A DNA stretch of 32,000 nt from Candidatus Hadarchaeota archaeon (GCA_964514965.1 CAZETV010000002.1:30001-62000); one strand, 5' to 3'; shown: positions 1-9,531, counted from the first letter of the stretch. The notes: a model not told the origin generated them from the sequence alone. A program made the numbers and translations.

Positions 1-984
1 CTTCTTGATTTCGGACTGCCAGAACTCGGTGTTGTAGCGCGGGTCCTTAAGCAGCTGCTTTAGACGCGCGATATCGAGCTCGCGTAGTTTGTCGGTCGGG
101 AGCTTGTAGTTAACGATATCGCTCGCTGTGACTCCCAAGTACTTCGCGTCTGGAACCGCCAGCTCGTGGTTGATGTAGGCAAGCTTCGCGCTGCCAGAGA
201 TAATCACCATTGCGATATGAAAGCCGAAAGGATCTCCATCACAGTTCAGGTATACCGGTAGCCCCAGCTCCTCGTTTGCCTTCTTAAGGAACCGTCTAGT
301 CGCGCGAGCTGCCTGACCCTTGAGCCCGACTATCAGCGCGTCGAACTTCTTCCACGCTTGTTCCTGCACGAGACGGTGGTACATACCCATGGTCTCAACC
401 GCGATCACTTGCTTCGCTTTGCACTTGATGAATTCAACATCGTCTATGGTCGGCGGGATGGTGTACCCTGCACGTCCTGCCTTGGTCGCGTCTATTACAA
501 CTCCATCTTCGTCGACCACCAGCTTACCATAGACTGCTGCTCCATCTTCTTCGGGAGTCAAGCCCAAATCTTCGCGCTTGAGACTGAAGGCCGCCTCTAA
601 ATCCTCTATGATTGCGTCAGATTCTCCTTGATCATAGAATGGACCAACCTCCCAACCCTCGGCTGTATAATACATCTCCCTGAGGGTCGCGAATTTCCCT
701 TGTTCGATGAGTTCCTTCGCGAAGTCAGCCGTGCATAAAAGTTGAGCGAATTTCTTCACCTGTTTCATACTCCCTGCTGAGCGCACTCCCCAGCGCGGTC
801 CGAGCACGAAGTACCGGTGGGAATTGTCATAGATGATGTTAGAGGTGCTTCGCGAGGGGATTTTTAACTTGGGAGGGTGGGCATTCGTAATATCATTCAC
901 TACATCTTGACCCATATCGGTGAGCTTTTTTGACGCCTTCTGCCTGTGCCCCTGCCCCCGCGCTGTTTTAACTTTCTTCGGCAT
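1..984 (-). CDS. top6A: DNA topoisomerase VI subunit A (Spo11/Top6A family), 3' end cut by window edge
   Basis: Absent from the ORF track because no stop codon lies in the window. Hand translation of the minus strand from ATG 984-982 gives [11 protein letters not shown]...[15 protein letters not shown] (catalytic-Tyr region)...[15 protein letters not shown] (Toprim acidic motif). The frame stays open to base 1 (328 codons). The ATG overlaps the top6B stop by 17 nt, the usual B-then-A order. Confidence 0.9.
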   Translation of the reverse strand, partial: MPKKVKTARGQGHRQKASKKLTDMGQDVVNDITNAHPPKLKIPSRSTSNIIYDNSHRYFVLGPRWGVRSAGSMKQVKKFAQLLCTADFAKELIEQGKFATLREMYYTAEGWEVGPFYDQGESDAIIEDLEAAFSLKREDLGLTPEEDGAAVYGKLVVDEDGVVIDATKAGRAGYTIPPTIDDVEFIKCKAKQVIAVETMGMYHRLVQEQAWKKFDALIVGLKGQAARATRRFLKKANEELGLPVYLNCDGDPFGFHIAMVIISGSAKLAYINHELAVPDAKYLGVTASDIVNYKLPTDKLRELDIARLKQLLKDPRYNTEFWQSEIKK

Positions 985-2527
985 TATCGACACCACTTAC
1001 CTTTTTCAATAAAGGTTTAATATCCGGTTCCTTCACCCTTGCTAAACTCGCGGCCTTTTGAGCAATTATCGGCAAGTACCGCTCGAACACCCCCGCTCGC
1101 TCCTGTCGCTCCTTAATCTTTATCTTTCGATAGAGGAACTTTCTGAGTTCGCGCGCAACCTCCATAATCGCTGTTCTTATTTCATCCAAGACTTCCGGCT
1201 CATCGGCTATCGACTGCTTGCCCGCCGATGTGTAGGGAACGTAGGCCGAGGCGACGTTCACGAAAAGGGTTAATTGGGCCGTCGCTGGGTCGACCCCATA
1301 GCGGCGCCAATCGATGTTCCGCATAGCCGTAGTTATCGCACACCCGCCTTGATCGAAGATGAGGGGCGCGCGATTAGCAAATCGTATCAATTCCATCCCG
1401 GCTTCGCCTTCATCATTCCCTGTTGTTTTGCCAGCACTTCCACCATATGCGATACCAGCTTCGACTATGAATGGTAAACCACCGCGGTATACCTTCGGGG
1501 GACGATTGATCGCGTGGACGAACTCAGGGTTCAGAATCTGCTTCATGCCACTCTCGATGTCGGCTGCCCCTATCGGTCGTAGTCCAGATGTGGGTGGTGC
1601 ATACAGCTTGACCTGTTTGAAAGCGGAAACTATGCGCTCAGCCTCTTCCCATATCAGTTCGGAAGGTTTCTTGTTAAGGGGGAGGTTAACAAGCTTGCAT
1701 ACCTCTTCAGCTTTTCGCTTACTCACTCGGGATAGCTCTGCCGCGAGGAAACTGACAACGTTCCGGCTTTTGGTATGTTTCGCCAGGATCAACAAATCAT
1801 CAGACATTATGCCCCACGGGTGGAGCGGCATGGGTTTTGGGCGCTCAGGAACTTTTTCGGTGGCGGGTTCTAAAATGGTGAGTGTTCCATCAGGCTCAAT
1901 GAAGGTTATATGGACATGGGGGTTTGCTATGGCGGTCATTCGTAAGTAGTTGTATGGGCCATAGCGAGAGCGCATGTAAGCGACATCCTTTACTTCGACT
2001 TCGACTCGCGTACCGCACCACTTCCCCTTGTGCTTCTCGACGTTCGTAGTCTTACCCTCATTCCGGTCAACATCGATCATCACATCTGCGCGGATAATTT
2101 CACCATTCCCCGTCGAGGTAATCACCGTTGATGGCTTGCCGCTTGTAATCTGACCGAACATCACGCTGCCCGAAACACCAATCCCTTGTTGTCCCCGCGA
2201 CTGCATGTATCGATGCAATTTGGTCCCTGCGAGCATCTTGCCGAACACATTGGAAATGAACTCCTCGGGGATGCCGGAAGCGTTATCCTCGACTATCACT
2301 CGAAAATGTTCGGGTTCATCGTTGACACGCTTGATAATAACAACTATCTTCGGGAGCACACCGGTCTCCTCAGCCGCATCGATTGCGTTGGTGACGCCCT
2401 CGTGGATAATCGTGGTGAGGGAGCGAATCTTACCTGTATAACCCAGCATCGCAGCATTTTTTCGGAAAAACTCGCTAACACTGTGCTCCCTAAAATCTTT
2501 GAAGATTTCTTCTGCCTTATTTTTCAT
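968..2527 (-). CDS. top6B: DNA topoisomerase VI subunit B (GHKL ATPase)
   Basis: 519-aa ORF. Carries a Bergerat-fold N-box ([12 protein letters not shown]) and G1 box (EDNASGIP), plus a transducer-like C-terminal half. GGTG Shine-Dalgarno and an AT-rich TATA region lie upstream at 2530-2570. Directly followed by top6A. Confidence 0.95.
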   Translation of the reverse strand: MKNKAEEIFKDFREHSVSEFFRKNAAMLGYTGKIRSLTTIIHEGVTNAIDAAEETGVLPKIVVIIKRVNDEPEHFRVIVEDNASGIPEEFISNVFGKMLAGTKLHRYMQSRGQQGIGVSGSVMFGQITSGKPSTVITSTGNGEIIRADVMIDVDRNEGKTTNVEKHKGKWCGTRVEVEVKDVAYMRSRYGPYNYLRMTAIANPHVHITFIEPDGTLTILEPATEKVPERPKPMPLHPWGIMSDDLLILAKHTKSRNVVSFLAAELSRVSKRKAEEVCKLVNLPLNKKPSELIWEEAERIVSAFKQVKLYAPPTSGLRPIGAADIESGMKQILNPEFVHAINRPPKVYRGGLPFIVEAGIAYGGSAGKTTGNDEGEAGMELIRFANRAPLIFDQGGCAITTAMRNIDWRRYGVDPATAQLTLFVNVASAYVPYTSAGKQSIADEPEVLDEIRTAIMEVARELRKFLYRKIKIKERQERAGVFERYLPIIAQKAASLARVKEPDIKPLLKKVSGVDNAEES

Positions 2528-2669
2528 TTAGAACACCTTAAAACCCTTATTTTAATATCTTATAAGCTTTACTAGCTTATTTATCTTAAAAGTCCTCCTT
2601 TTATCATTATTTTACGATTTTACCTAATTTTTGTAGATTTTATCCTCCGAGGTCTAAAAGGTTTGCGTT

Positions 2670-3221
2670 TTAAGATATTCGCCTCTGCTCGATGAATTTT
2701 CTTTTCATTTCCCTGCGCTTTCGCTCGAGGAACCGGTAGACCGATGAATGTTTGGCTCCATCAAGCAATGTCTGGATTGCCTCTCGCGCGACGGCCAATT
2801 GCTCCGCAGTCCCGATGAGCGCGATGGTCTTGCCATAAATCGACACATGGGCACCCGTTGTCTCCTCTATAATTTGTCTTGTTTTTCCCCGCTCCCCTAT
2901 GGCCCGTCCTTTGAGCCGGACGAGCGTGCGCTCCGATGATCCGGCGAAGTTTCGGATGTCAATCACTTCTAGGAGCTGGTCATCTCGAAACAATCGAAAA
3001 GCCCGCTCAGAACTAAATCCGCGAGCGATGGCCTGGATAACTTCCCTCGCTTTAAGCGCCCCGAGGGGGTCATCACCGGGTTTGATTCGCACCTCCCCAG
3101 TCTCGCTGTCAAGAGTCAGTTGCGTACCAGTACGGCGTTCAATCTCTTGCTTCACCTCGCCCTTTGGGCCTATCGCGACACCTATGCGCTCCTTCGGCAG
3201 TCGGGCGTACATCACTTGCAC
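2670..3221 (-). CDS. Tandem KH-domain RNA-binding protein (archaeal Dim2/Pno1-like)
   Basis: 183-aa ORF with two KH GxxG loops (IGPKGEV, IGERGKT). It sits downstream of rio1 and aIF-1A, a gene order conserved across archaea. ATG 3212 with GGTG 7 nt upstream is an equally good start. Confidence 0.85.
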   Translation of the reverse strand: MQVMYARLPKERIGVAIGPKGEVKQEIERRTGTQLTLDSETGEVRIKPGDDPLGALKAREVIQAIARGFSSERAFRLFRDDQLLEVIDIRNFAGSSERTLVRLKGRAIGERGKTRQIIEETTGAHVSIYGKTIALIGTAEQLAVAREAIQTLLDGAKHSSVYRFLERKRREMKRKFIEQRRIS

Positions 3222-3362
3222 CTAGCACGGACTCAAATTATCTTCAACAACGATTTTAATCATTTTTGTGCACTCTCGGATTTGCCATCCGGAGAGACGC
3301 CCCCCTCAGCCCCCAAGAGCTATTTCCTCTTCTCCCCAAAAATGTTGCGGTGGGTTTTAGTC

Positions 3363-4130
3363 TTACTCACCCTTGATATCGGAAAATAGTTTGATCGGTT
3401 CAGGTATTTTTAAGCCAAGCTTACGGAAATAACGCACGAGTTGGCTTAGGTCGCGCATCAATAGCTCATCGCTCATCGGATTCGCAATATCCGTCGCCAT
3501 GGAAAAATCAATGAGTAGAGGCTCCGGAGTTAGCATCACGTTGTACTCGCTGAAATCGGCGTGAACGAGTTCGGCCTTACGGTATAGATTCTTGATTGCC
3601 TCAAACAAACTCTCGAATACCAATTGTGGCGTCTTGGGTGGAACATCTTTCATGAGAGGGTAAGGCACCCCCGCCTCACCCACAAATTCCATCGCGAGCA
3701 CATTTTTCTCGTAACCAATCGGCTTCGGTACCGCGACGCCTGCTTCGTGAGCGCGCTGCAAATTTTTGAACTCGCGCGAAACCCACGCGTAGATGATGCG
3801 CCTTCGCTCACGCTGAACGCGGCGAAATCGCGGGTCTCCGGCTATGTAGCGGTACATATTTTTGAAGTTGGAGGTAGCAATTCGATAAATTTTTGTCGCG
3901 ATGTAGTTGCCCTGCTTATCGAGCGCGCAAAAAATATTTGCTTCCTTGCCAGTGGAAACAACGCCATAAAAGATGTCAAAAATTCCCTGATTTACCATGT
4001 GGTAGAGCGTCAGCAAGGTAGAACTATCGAAGACGCTCGCCATTATCTTGTACGTTTCGGAATCTTTTTCAAGGCGTTCGGGTCTGCGGCGCTCAAGCTT
4101 GCGAAGGAGAGCTTCAAAATCGGCCGGCAA
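3363..4130 (-). CDS. rio1: RIO-type serine/threonine kinase, Rio1-like
   Basis: 255-aa ORF with the RIO nucleotide-binding signature VSTGKEANIF and the catalytic region LVHADFSEYNVM. It has Rio1 size and lacks the N-terminal wHTH of Rio2. TTG start lies 10 nt after the aIF-1A stop. Confidence 0.9.
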   Translation of the reverse strand: MPADFEALLRKLERRRPERLEKDSETYKIMASVFDSSTLLTLYHMVNQGIFDIFYGVVSTGKEANIFCALDKQGNYIATKIYRIATSNFKNMYRYIAGDPRFRRVQRERRRIIYAWVSREFKNLQRAHEAGVAVPKPIGYEKNVLAMEFVGEAGVPYPLMKDVPPKTPQLVFESLFEAIKNLYRKAELVHADFSEYNVMLTPEPLLIDFSMATDIANPMSDELLMRDLSQLVRYFRKLGLKIPEPIKLFSDIKGE

Positions 4131-4140
4131 AGGTGGTCCC

Positions 4141-4446
4141 CTATTCCCAGAAGCCCTTTTTTCTCAACCATCCGACCTGCGTTCGGGTATAGCGATAAAT
4201 GACATCTCCCTTCTCCTCACTCTGCACAGACCAAGGACGGACGATCACCACATCGTTCTCACGAACCCAGAGCCGCTTGCGGATTTTACCCCGAATGCGG
4301 CAGACTCGCACATGCCCATCCTTACACCTGACGCGCAGACGGTCAAAGCCAAACATTTGTTCAACAACACCTAAAACTTCGCCCCTTGAAGGTATTCGAA
4401 GTCGCTCGATTTCCTCCCCCGATGTCAACTTCCTATGCTTTGGCAT
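4141..4446 (-). CDS. eif1a: Translation initiation factor aIF-1A
   Basis: 101-aa S1/OB-fold protein. GEVLGVVEQMFGFDRLRVRCKDGHVRVCRIRGKIRKRLWVRENDVVIV is a typical eIF1A core. Its ATG overlaps the stop of the upstream synthase gene (TGATG). Confidence 0.95.
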   Translation of the reverse strand: MPKHRKLTSGEEIERLRIPSRGEVLGVVEQMFGFDRLRVRCKDGHVRVCRIRGKIRKRLWVRENDVVIVRPWSVQSEEKGDVIYRYTRTQVGWLRKKGFWE

Positions 4447-5951
4447 CAGGTGCCCCCGAGCTTACGATCCCAAAGCAATCGATTTACCCCGTTTAACATT
4501 GCCTGAACACTTGCCATAATGATGTCTCCGTCTGTGCCTCGGGCTGTTACTATACGCCGACCATCCGTTAGCTTGACTACGACATCTACGATTGCATCTG
4601 TCCCCCCAGAAATCGCGTCGACATGGTATTCCTGCAATCGGATGTTTGATGTGCCCTCGATGACCTTTCCAATCGCATCCATCGCGGCATCGACCGGGCC
4701 GACTCCTACTCCTGACTCGATAACTTCTTTGTCCACAAATTTTATCCGCACCGAAGCAGTCGGAGTTACCTTATTGCCGCTCACCACAGTCAATTCATCA
4801 AGCTTAACCACTTCTTCAAGCGTGCGCCTCATCACCGCGTCTACCACCACGCGCAGCTCGGTGTCTGTGACAAATTTTCCCCTGTCACCCAGTTGCTTAA
4901 TTTGCTCGGAAATTTCTTGGACCTGCTTTCTTGTCGGCTTTAGACTCATTCGTTTGAGTTCGCTTTCAATCGCATGGGTGCCGACATGCTTTCCAAATAC
5001 AATTTTTCGATGTTGCCCCACTACCTCAGGTGAGATAGGCTCGTAGGTTAGCGTGTAAGCGAGCACGCCGTGAGTGTGGATGCCCGCTTCGTGCGCGAAG
5101 GCGTTTTCTCCAACCACGGCTTTTGTCGGCGAAACTGGCAGTCCCGTGCAGCGTTCCGTGAGCTTAGAGATGCTGTAAAGTTTATTCAGCTTAATTCTAG
5201 TTTTGATTTCGTGGAAGTGTGCGAGTGCAAGCACAACCTCTTCAAGCGCAGCATTTCCTCCACGCTCTCCCAAGCCGTTAACCGTCACGTGAACCTCTTG
5301 GGCTCCAGCCTGAACCGCGGCAATCGTGTTCGCAGTCCCCATGCCGAAATCATCATGGCAGTGGGTAGCAACGGGCACTTTCACGATTTTTGTGAGTTTG
5401 GAGAAAAGTTCATTCGCCCTTTCAGGAGTAAGCACACCCACGGTATCACATACGCAAACCCGTTGTGCCCCCTCCTTGACTGCTGCCAACAGGAACTCTT
5501 GGAGAAAGGCCGGATCGGTACGGGTGGCGTCCTCAGCGGAGAACTCCACTACCAACCCGTGGTCGAGAGCATAACGCGCGACGTCAAGAGATGTTCGCTT
5601 TACCTCTTGCCTGCTTTTTTTCAACTTGTACTTTAGATGAATGTCGGATGTGGGAACGACGAGGTGCACGCTGTCGACATCACAGGTCAGTGCGGCATCC
5701 ACATCGCTTCGAAGGCTCCGGACAAAGCTACATATCTCAGCATTCAAGCCAGCATTCGAGATGAGCTTTATCGCTTTACGTTCTCCCGCGGAGGTTATCG
5801 CCGCCCCCGCTTCTATAATGTCAACGCCAAGGTCATCGAGAGCGCAGGCTAGTTCCAGCTTCTTCTCAGGAGCCAAAGCCACGCCGGGAGTCTGCTCCCC
5901 ATCGCGCAGCGTTGTATCAAGTACTTTTATCCTGCGTTTTGCCATATTCAT
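4446..5951 (-). CDS. cimA: LeuA-family synthase, (R)-citramalate synthase-like paralog with C-terminal LeuA-dimer regulatory domain
   Basis: 501-aa ORF. It has the DRE-TIM core (LDTTLRDGEQTPG, HCHDDFGMGTAN). NAEICSFVR, CDVDSVHLVVPTS, RVCVCDTVGVLTP and KLDELTVVSGNKVTP match my recollection of methanogen CimA better than LeuA. The CimA versus LeuA call is an inference. Confidence 0.85.
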   Translation of the reverse strand: MNMAKRRIKVLDTTLRDGEQTPGVALAPEKKLELACALDDLGVDIIEAGAAITSAGERKAIKLISNAGLNAEICSFVRSLRSDVDAALTCDVDSVHLVVPTSDIHLKYKLKKSRQEVKRTSLDVARYALDHGLVVEFSAEDATRTDPAFLQEFLLAAVKEGAQRVCVCDTVGVLTPERANELFSKLTKIVKVPVATHCHDDFGMGTANTIAAVQAGAQEVHVTVNGLGERGGNAALEEVVLALAHFHEIKTRIKLNKLYSISKLTERCTGLPVSPTKAVVGENAFAHEAGIHTHGVLAYTLTYEPISPEVVGQHRKIVFGKHVGTHAIESELKRMSLKPTRKQVQEISEQIKQLGDRGKFVTDTELRVVVDAVMRRTLEEVVKLDELTVVSGNKVTPTASVRIKFVDKEVIESGVGVGPVDAAMDAIGKVIEGTSNIRLQEYHVDAISGGTDAIVDVVVKLTDGRRIVTARGTDGDIIMASVQAMLNGVNRLLWDRKLGGT

Positions 5952-6016
5952 AACCTAGTGCTATATTGGGCAATGTTATTATTTAATGCCCTATACTAGT
6001 TGTTGAGGGAACGAAA

Positions 6017-7567
6017 ATGCCGAAAAAGGCTTTCGTAAGCGATTTCATCAAGCAAGTGGGTAAAGGAGTAAAGCTTCCAAAGTGTGTTCGGATATTTGAC
6101 ACCACCCTTCGAGATGGCGACCAAACCCCTGGGGTATCATTCACCATCAACCAAAAGTTGCTCGTTGCGCGGCAGCTCGACAAATTGGGGGTAGACACTA
6201 TTGAAGCTGGTACACCGGTATCGTCCGACGGTGAAAGAAAGGCTGTGGCCGCGATAGCTAAGGCTGGCTTGAACGCGGAGGTCTGTGGGCTAGCAAGGCC
6301 GATTAAAGAAGATGTAGACGCAGCACTTGAGTGTGATGTAGATTGCGTTCATGTGTTCATAAGTACGTCGGACTTGCACCTTGAGCACATGCTAAAACTG
6401 ACGCGTGAACAGGTGCTCCGACAAGCGGTCACGCATGTTGAGTACGCCAAGGATCATGGTGTCCTCGTCGAGTTTTCTGCCATGGATGCCACGCGGACTG
6501 ATCTGGAGTATCTCAAACAAATCTATCAAGCGGTCGTAGAGGCTGGAGCGGATCGCATCAACGTTCCAGATACAGTAGGCGTGATCACCCCACGAGGCAT
6601 GAATTACCTAATCAGTCAGCTGAAACCGGTCATAAAAGTGCCGATAAGCGTGCACTGTCACGATGACCTCGGTCTGGCAACGGCCAACTCGCTCGCAGCG
6701 GTTGAGGCTGGGGCCGAACAGGTTCAAGTAGCGGTCAATGGGCTAGGAGAACGTGCGGGCAATGCATCACTAGAGGAGGTCGTCATGGCTCTTCGGGCAC
6801 TTTACGGTGCAAAACTGAAAATTCAAACCAAATTGCTCGCTGAGACTTCTGACTTGCTTGAACGTCTGACGGGAATATCGGTGCCACCAAACAAAGCGAT
6901 TGTTGGAGATAATGCGTTTTCCCATGTTTCAGGTATCCACGCCCACGGTGTGCTTGAGTTCCCTGGTACTTATGAGCCTATTTCTCCGGAGCTAGTCGGG
7001 CATCATCGCCGTCTGACATTGGGCAAGCTTACTGGAAGGCACTCGGTTGAAAAACAGCTCATAAGCATTGGAGTGAAAGCAACCAATGTACAGTTAACGG
7101 AGATTACGAAGCGAGTCAAGGAACTCGGAGACAAAGGCAAGCGCGTGACCGACATCGATCTCCGGGCGATAGCGGAGAGTGTGCTGGGTACATTGCCTCC
7201 AGAAGAGAAGGTGGTCGAGCTAAAAGAGGTGACCGTCACCACTGGGAGTACTATAACCTCAACCGCTTCGGTACGGATGGTCGTAAGAGGTGAAGAGCGA
7301 GTGGGTTCCGCGACGGGCGTTGGTCCAGTGGACGCCGCGATTGCCGCGATTCGTAACGTCATGAAAGAAATTTCGGCACTTAAGCTGAAAGAGTACCATC
7401 TCGATGCGATTACTGGGGGAAGCGACGCGCTGGCTGAAGTCACAGTGAAGCTCGAGGATGAAAAGGCTAACCTCTACATCGCGAAGGGCGTGCGAGAGGA
7501 TGTGGTCATAGCGAGTGTCGAGGCAATGATAAACGGGATAAACCGGTTTTTTGCTGGGCGGAAATAG
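6017..7567 (+). CDS. leuA: 2-isopropylmalate synthase-like paralog with regulatory domain
   Basis: 516-aa ORF with FDTTLRDGDQTPG, AEVCGLAR, RINVPDTVGVITP and HCHDDLGLATAN, plus a C-terminal LeuA allosteric domain. Divergent from the cimA-like gene across 65 bp. The substrate assignment is an inference. Confidence 0.85.
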   Translation: MPKKAFVSDFIKQVGKGVKLPKCVRIFDTTLRDGDQTPGVSFTINQKLLVARQLDKLGVDTIEAGTPVSSDGERKAVAAIAKAGLNAEVCGLARPIKEDVDAALECDVDCVHVFISTSDLHLEHMLKLTREQVLRQAVTHVEYAKDHGVLVEFSAMDATRTDLEYLKQIYQAVVEAGADRINVPDTVGVITPRGMNYLISQLKPVIKVPISVHCHDDLGLATANSLAAVEAGAEQVQVAVNGLGERAGNASLEEVVMALRALYGAKLKIQTKLLAETSDLLERLTGISVPPNKAIVGDNAFSHVSGIHAHGVLEFPGTYEPISPELVGHHRRLTLGKLTGRHSVEKQLISIGVKATNVQLTEITKRVKELGDKGKRVTDIDLRAIAESVLGTLPPEEKVVELKEVTVTTGSTITSTASVRMVVRGEERVGSATGVGPVDAAIAAIRNVMKEISALKLKEYHLDAITGGSDALAEVTVKLEDEKANLYIAKGVREDVVIASVEAMINGINRFFAGRK

Positions 7568-7660
7568 GGAACATCATAGTATTGAAAAGAAGAGAGATAG
7601 AGGAAAAAATAAGATGCTGAACCTTCATAGGCTTGCCCTCTGGCTCCAGCGTCACCAATT

Positions 7661-7945
7661 TTACTCCTGCTTTCTTGTGTCACCAATCCTCAACGAGGTA
7701 TAGAAACCGTGCTCCCTCGAGACGCCGAAGTTCACCCACAGGCTTCGTGTTTCGTCGATAGGCACTCGAATCGAGTCTGGGTATGGTTTGCCTTTTGGCC
7801 AGTTGATGTACCCGTTGGGGAGGACAAGCGAAACAGTGCCCCCCTTCACAGGGATGTTGGCTGTGTACGGTTCCTTGCCTTCCCGCTTCGCAACGATTCT
7901 CAAGGTCGAAATCGTTCGAGTTTCATCTCGGATTTCCTCCATCAT
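7661..7945 (-). CDS. Hypothetical small protein (94 aa), beta-rich, no recognised domain
   Basis: ORF preceded by a strong GGAGGTGAG Shine-Dalgarno (7949-7957), 3 nt before the ATG. A TTTATAAA box lies at 8038-8045. I recognise no motif. Confidence 0.6.
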   Translation of the reverse strand: MMEEIRDETRTISTLRIVAKREGKEPYTANIPVKGGTVSLVLPNGYINWPKGKPYPDSIRVPIDETRSLWVNFGVSREHGFYTSLRIGDTRKQE

Positions 7946-8157
7946 CTTCTCACCTCCAGCTCTTGATTGGTGAGGAAACGTGCATACACCTCGTTTTTGC
8001 GTGAACCGTTTCCCGCCAAAGCTTTGGATGGGAGTTCTTTATAAATGGGAAAACATAATTTCGGGAGTAAGAAGTGTTAGATATATTTTAGAATCAATTG
8101 GCTGTTTTTCCGTGTCTACTACATGAGCCCAAATCTAAAAAACGAGCTGGGGGGTTC

Positions 8158-8415
8158 CTAAAGTTTTATCTTGCATCTTCCGCAAACTCTGCGGATGTCA
8201 ATGTAATCTTTCCATAGGCCCTGAGTCATGGCCCCCACATAATGAGCACAAGTGATGCATATTGAGTCACCACAGAATTCGCATCTACCCCATTTTTTCC
8301 CAATATCTTCTATCAACAATTTCTTTCCACAACCAGAACAGACAAGACTCAAAACTGAATGAACATCAGAAAAGGCGATATCAGGTGCACAATTTAAGAA
8401 TTCAGCCTTCATCAT
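8158..8415 (-). CDS. Small 8-Cys cross-brace zinc-finger protein with FYVE-like Cys spacing
   Basis: 85-aa ORF with the pattern CSGC-x15-CEFCGDSICITC-x21-CGRC. The TTTATAAA box (8439-8446) is centred about 27 nt upstream of the ATG, consistent with a leaderless transcript. Confidence 0.65.
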   Translation of the reverse strand: MMKAEFLNCAPDIAFSDVHSVLSLVCSGCGKKLLIEDIGKKWGRCEFCGDSICITCAHYVGAMTQGLWKDYIDIRRVCGRCKIKL

Positions 8416-8505
8416 CCCAGGTGTAAATAGTAAAAATGTTTATAAATAATTTACATAATTTATGTAGTAATAAGAACCAAAAAATATTGTAAGTAGGGGA
8501 CCATT

Positions 8506-9531
8506 ATGGAACTAAGGAAGTTGCAACTTGTAGGCCGAGCAAGTTTTTCAGTCACATTACCTCCAAATTGGGTCAGAGAAGATAAACTAAAGCCGGGTAA
8601 TCAAGTTACCCTTACTCAAGAAGATGACGGGTCATTAAGGCTCGTCCCAGGGATTGTACCTGAACGAAAAGAATTCAAGCTCACAATCGATTCCGACCAT
8701 TGTGAGCAGCGTGGGTTGCTCCAAAGGCTTATCGTCGGAGGCTACATCCGGGGCTGCGATTTAATCGAGGTGATATCTAAGAGTATGATCAGACAAGATC
8801 AAAAGGCCGAGATCCAAAAAACTGTCGACGGCCTTTTAGGCTTGGGGATAATGGAAGTGACCGCAAATCAAGTTGTAATCCACTCCCTGATAGACCACTC
8901 TAAATTCCCGATTAGGCCACTTTTAAAGAGGTTGTGTGGGCTAGCTTTCTCGATGCATAAAGATGCCATGCAGGCGCTAAGGGATAAAGATCTACCCTTG
9001 GCAACAGACGTAATACATCGGGAAAATGAGGTCGACAAGATATACTGGTTAGCAATAAGACAACTTGTGGCGGCAACTTATGACAAAAGCCTCCTTCAGA
9101 AGGTCGGCTTGGAGGGGGCGCCGGACCCATTTAGTCATCAAGCTGTAGCGGTTAGATTAGAGGAAATCGCGGATTGCGCCGAAGATATAGCACAGAGTCT
9201 GCTAGCTCTTGGGAAAAAGGAGGTAAATGACGTGGAACTACAAGTTATAATCAAGCTCAGCGAACTAGCCTACAAAGCATGCCAAAACGCATGTGAGGCA
9301 TTTTTCAAGGAAAAAATGGCGCTAGCCGATAGTGCGGCGAGGATTGTTGATAATTTTGAGGATAGAGTGGAGGAACTTGTCAAGGAAGTGCGCACGCGGG
9401 TTGATGATATTCATGTTGGAACTTGCCTGATGGCAATAATCAGGAACTTATGTACGATAGCCGAATGTGGAAAGAAAATTGCGGAAGTAGCAATCAACAA
9501 TTTTATTACCATAAGGGATGGGCCGTCATAG
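8506..9531 (+). CDS. AbrB/SpoVT-domain + PhoU-domain regulator (archaeal 'phosphate uptake regulator' type)
   Basis: 341-aa ORF. The N-terminus LQLVGRASFSVTLPPNWVREDKLKPGNQVTL...LRLVP is a swapped-hairpin AbrB-like domain. The remainder is helical with PhoU-like repeats. No pst genes lie nearby. Confidence 0.8.
   Translation: MELRKLQLVGRASFSVTLPPNWVREDKLKPGNQVTLTQEDDGSLRLVPGIVPERKEFKLTIDSDHCEQRGLLQRLIVGGYIRGCDLIEVISKSMIRQDQKAEIQKTVDGLLGLGIMEVTANQVVIHSLIDHSKFPIRPLLKRLCGLAFSMHKDAMQALRDKDLPLATDVIHRENEVDKIYWLAIRQLVAATYDKSLLQKVGLEGAPDPFSHQAVAVRLEEIADCAEDIAQSLLALGKKEVNDVELQVIIKLSELAYKACQNACEAFFKEKMALADSAARIVDNFEDRVEELVKEVRTRVDDIHVGTCLMAIIRNLCTIAECGKKIAEVAINNFITIRDGPS

Noticed and set aside
2528-2669. 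AT-rich 142-bp spacer upstream of top6B with scattered short repeats (TCCTCC, TTTTA runs)
   Set aside because: It is consistent with an ordinary promoter/terminator spacer. The repeats are too short and irregular to call.
3222-3362. Possible C/D-box sRNA or structured RNA in the 140-nt gap between rio1 and the KH-protein gene (imperfect hairpin CTCTCGGA-TTTGCCA-TCCGGAGAG at 3272-3295; AUGAUUA / UUGA elements on the minus strand)
   Set aside because: The box matches are degenerate, with no proper RUGAUGA/CUGA pairs or C'/D' set. The hairpin has a bulge. The evidence is insufficient for an RNA gene call.
320-7443. Track ORFs antisense to top6A/top6B, the KH protein, rio1, aIF-1A and the two LeuA paralogs (e.g. 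358-600, 1359-1949, 2899-3225, 3624-4202, 4519-5046, 5070-5636, 7003-7443)
   Set aside because: Each is nested opposite a gene with clear family motifs. The compositions are typical of shadow ORFs (Ser/Arg/Thr-rich). None has an RBS or TATA in a suitable position.
7651-7687. 9-nt direct repeat GTCACCAAT (7651-7659 and 7679-7687) at the 3' end of the 94-aa gene
   Set aside because: It is a single short repeat pair. One copy is coding and the other lies just past the stop. This is compatible with chance, and no further copies were seen.
7980-8126. 48-aa plus-strand ORF starting at a GTG preceded by GGTGAGG in the 7946-8157 spacer
   Set aside because: The apparent Shine-Dalgarno is better explained as the complement of the anti-SD element of the minus-strand leader. 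The ORF runs through a TATA box and has no protein-like features.
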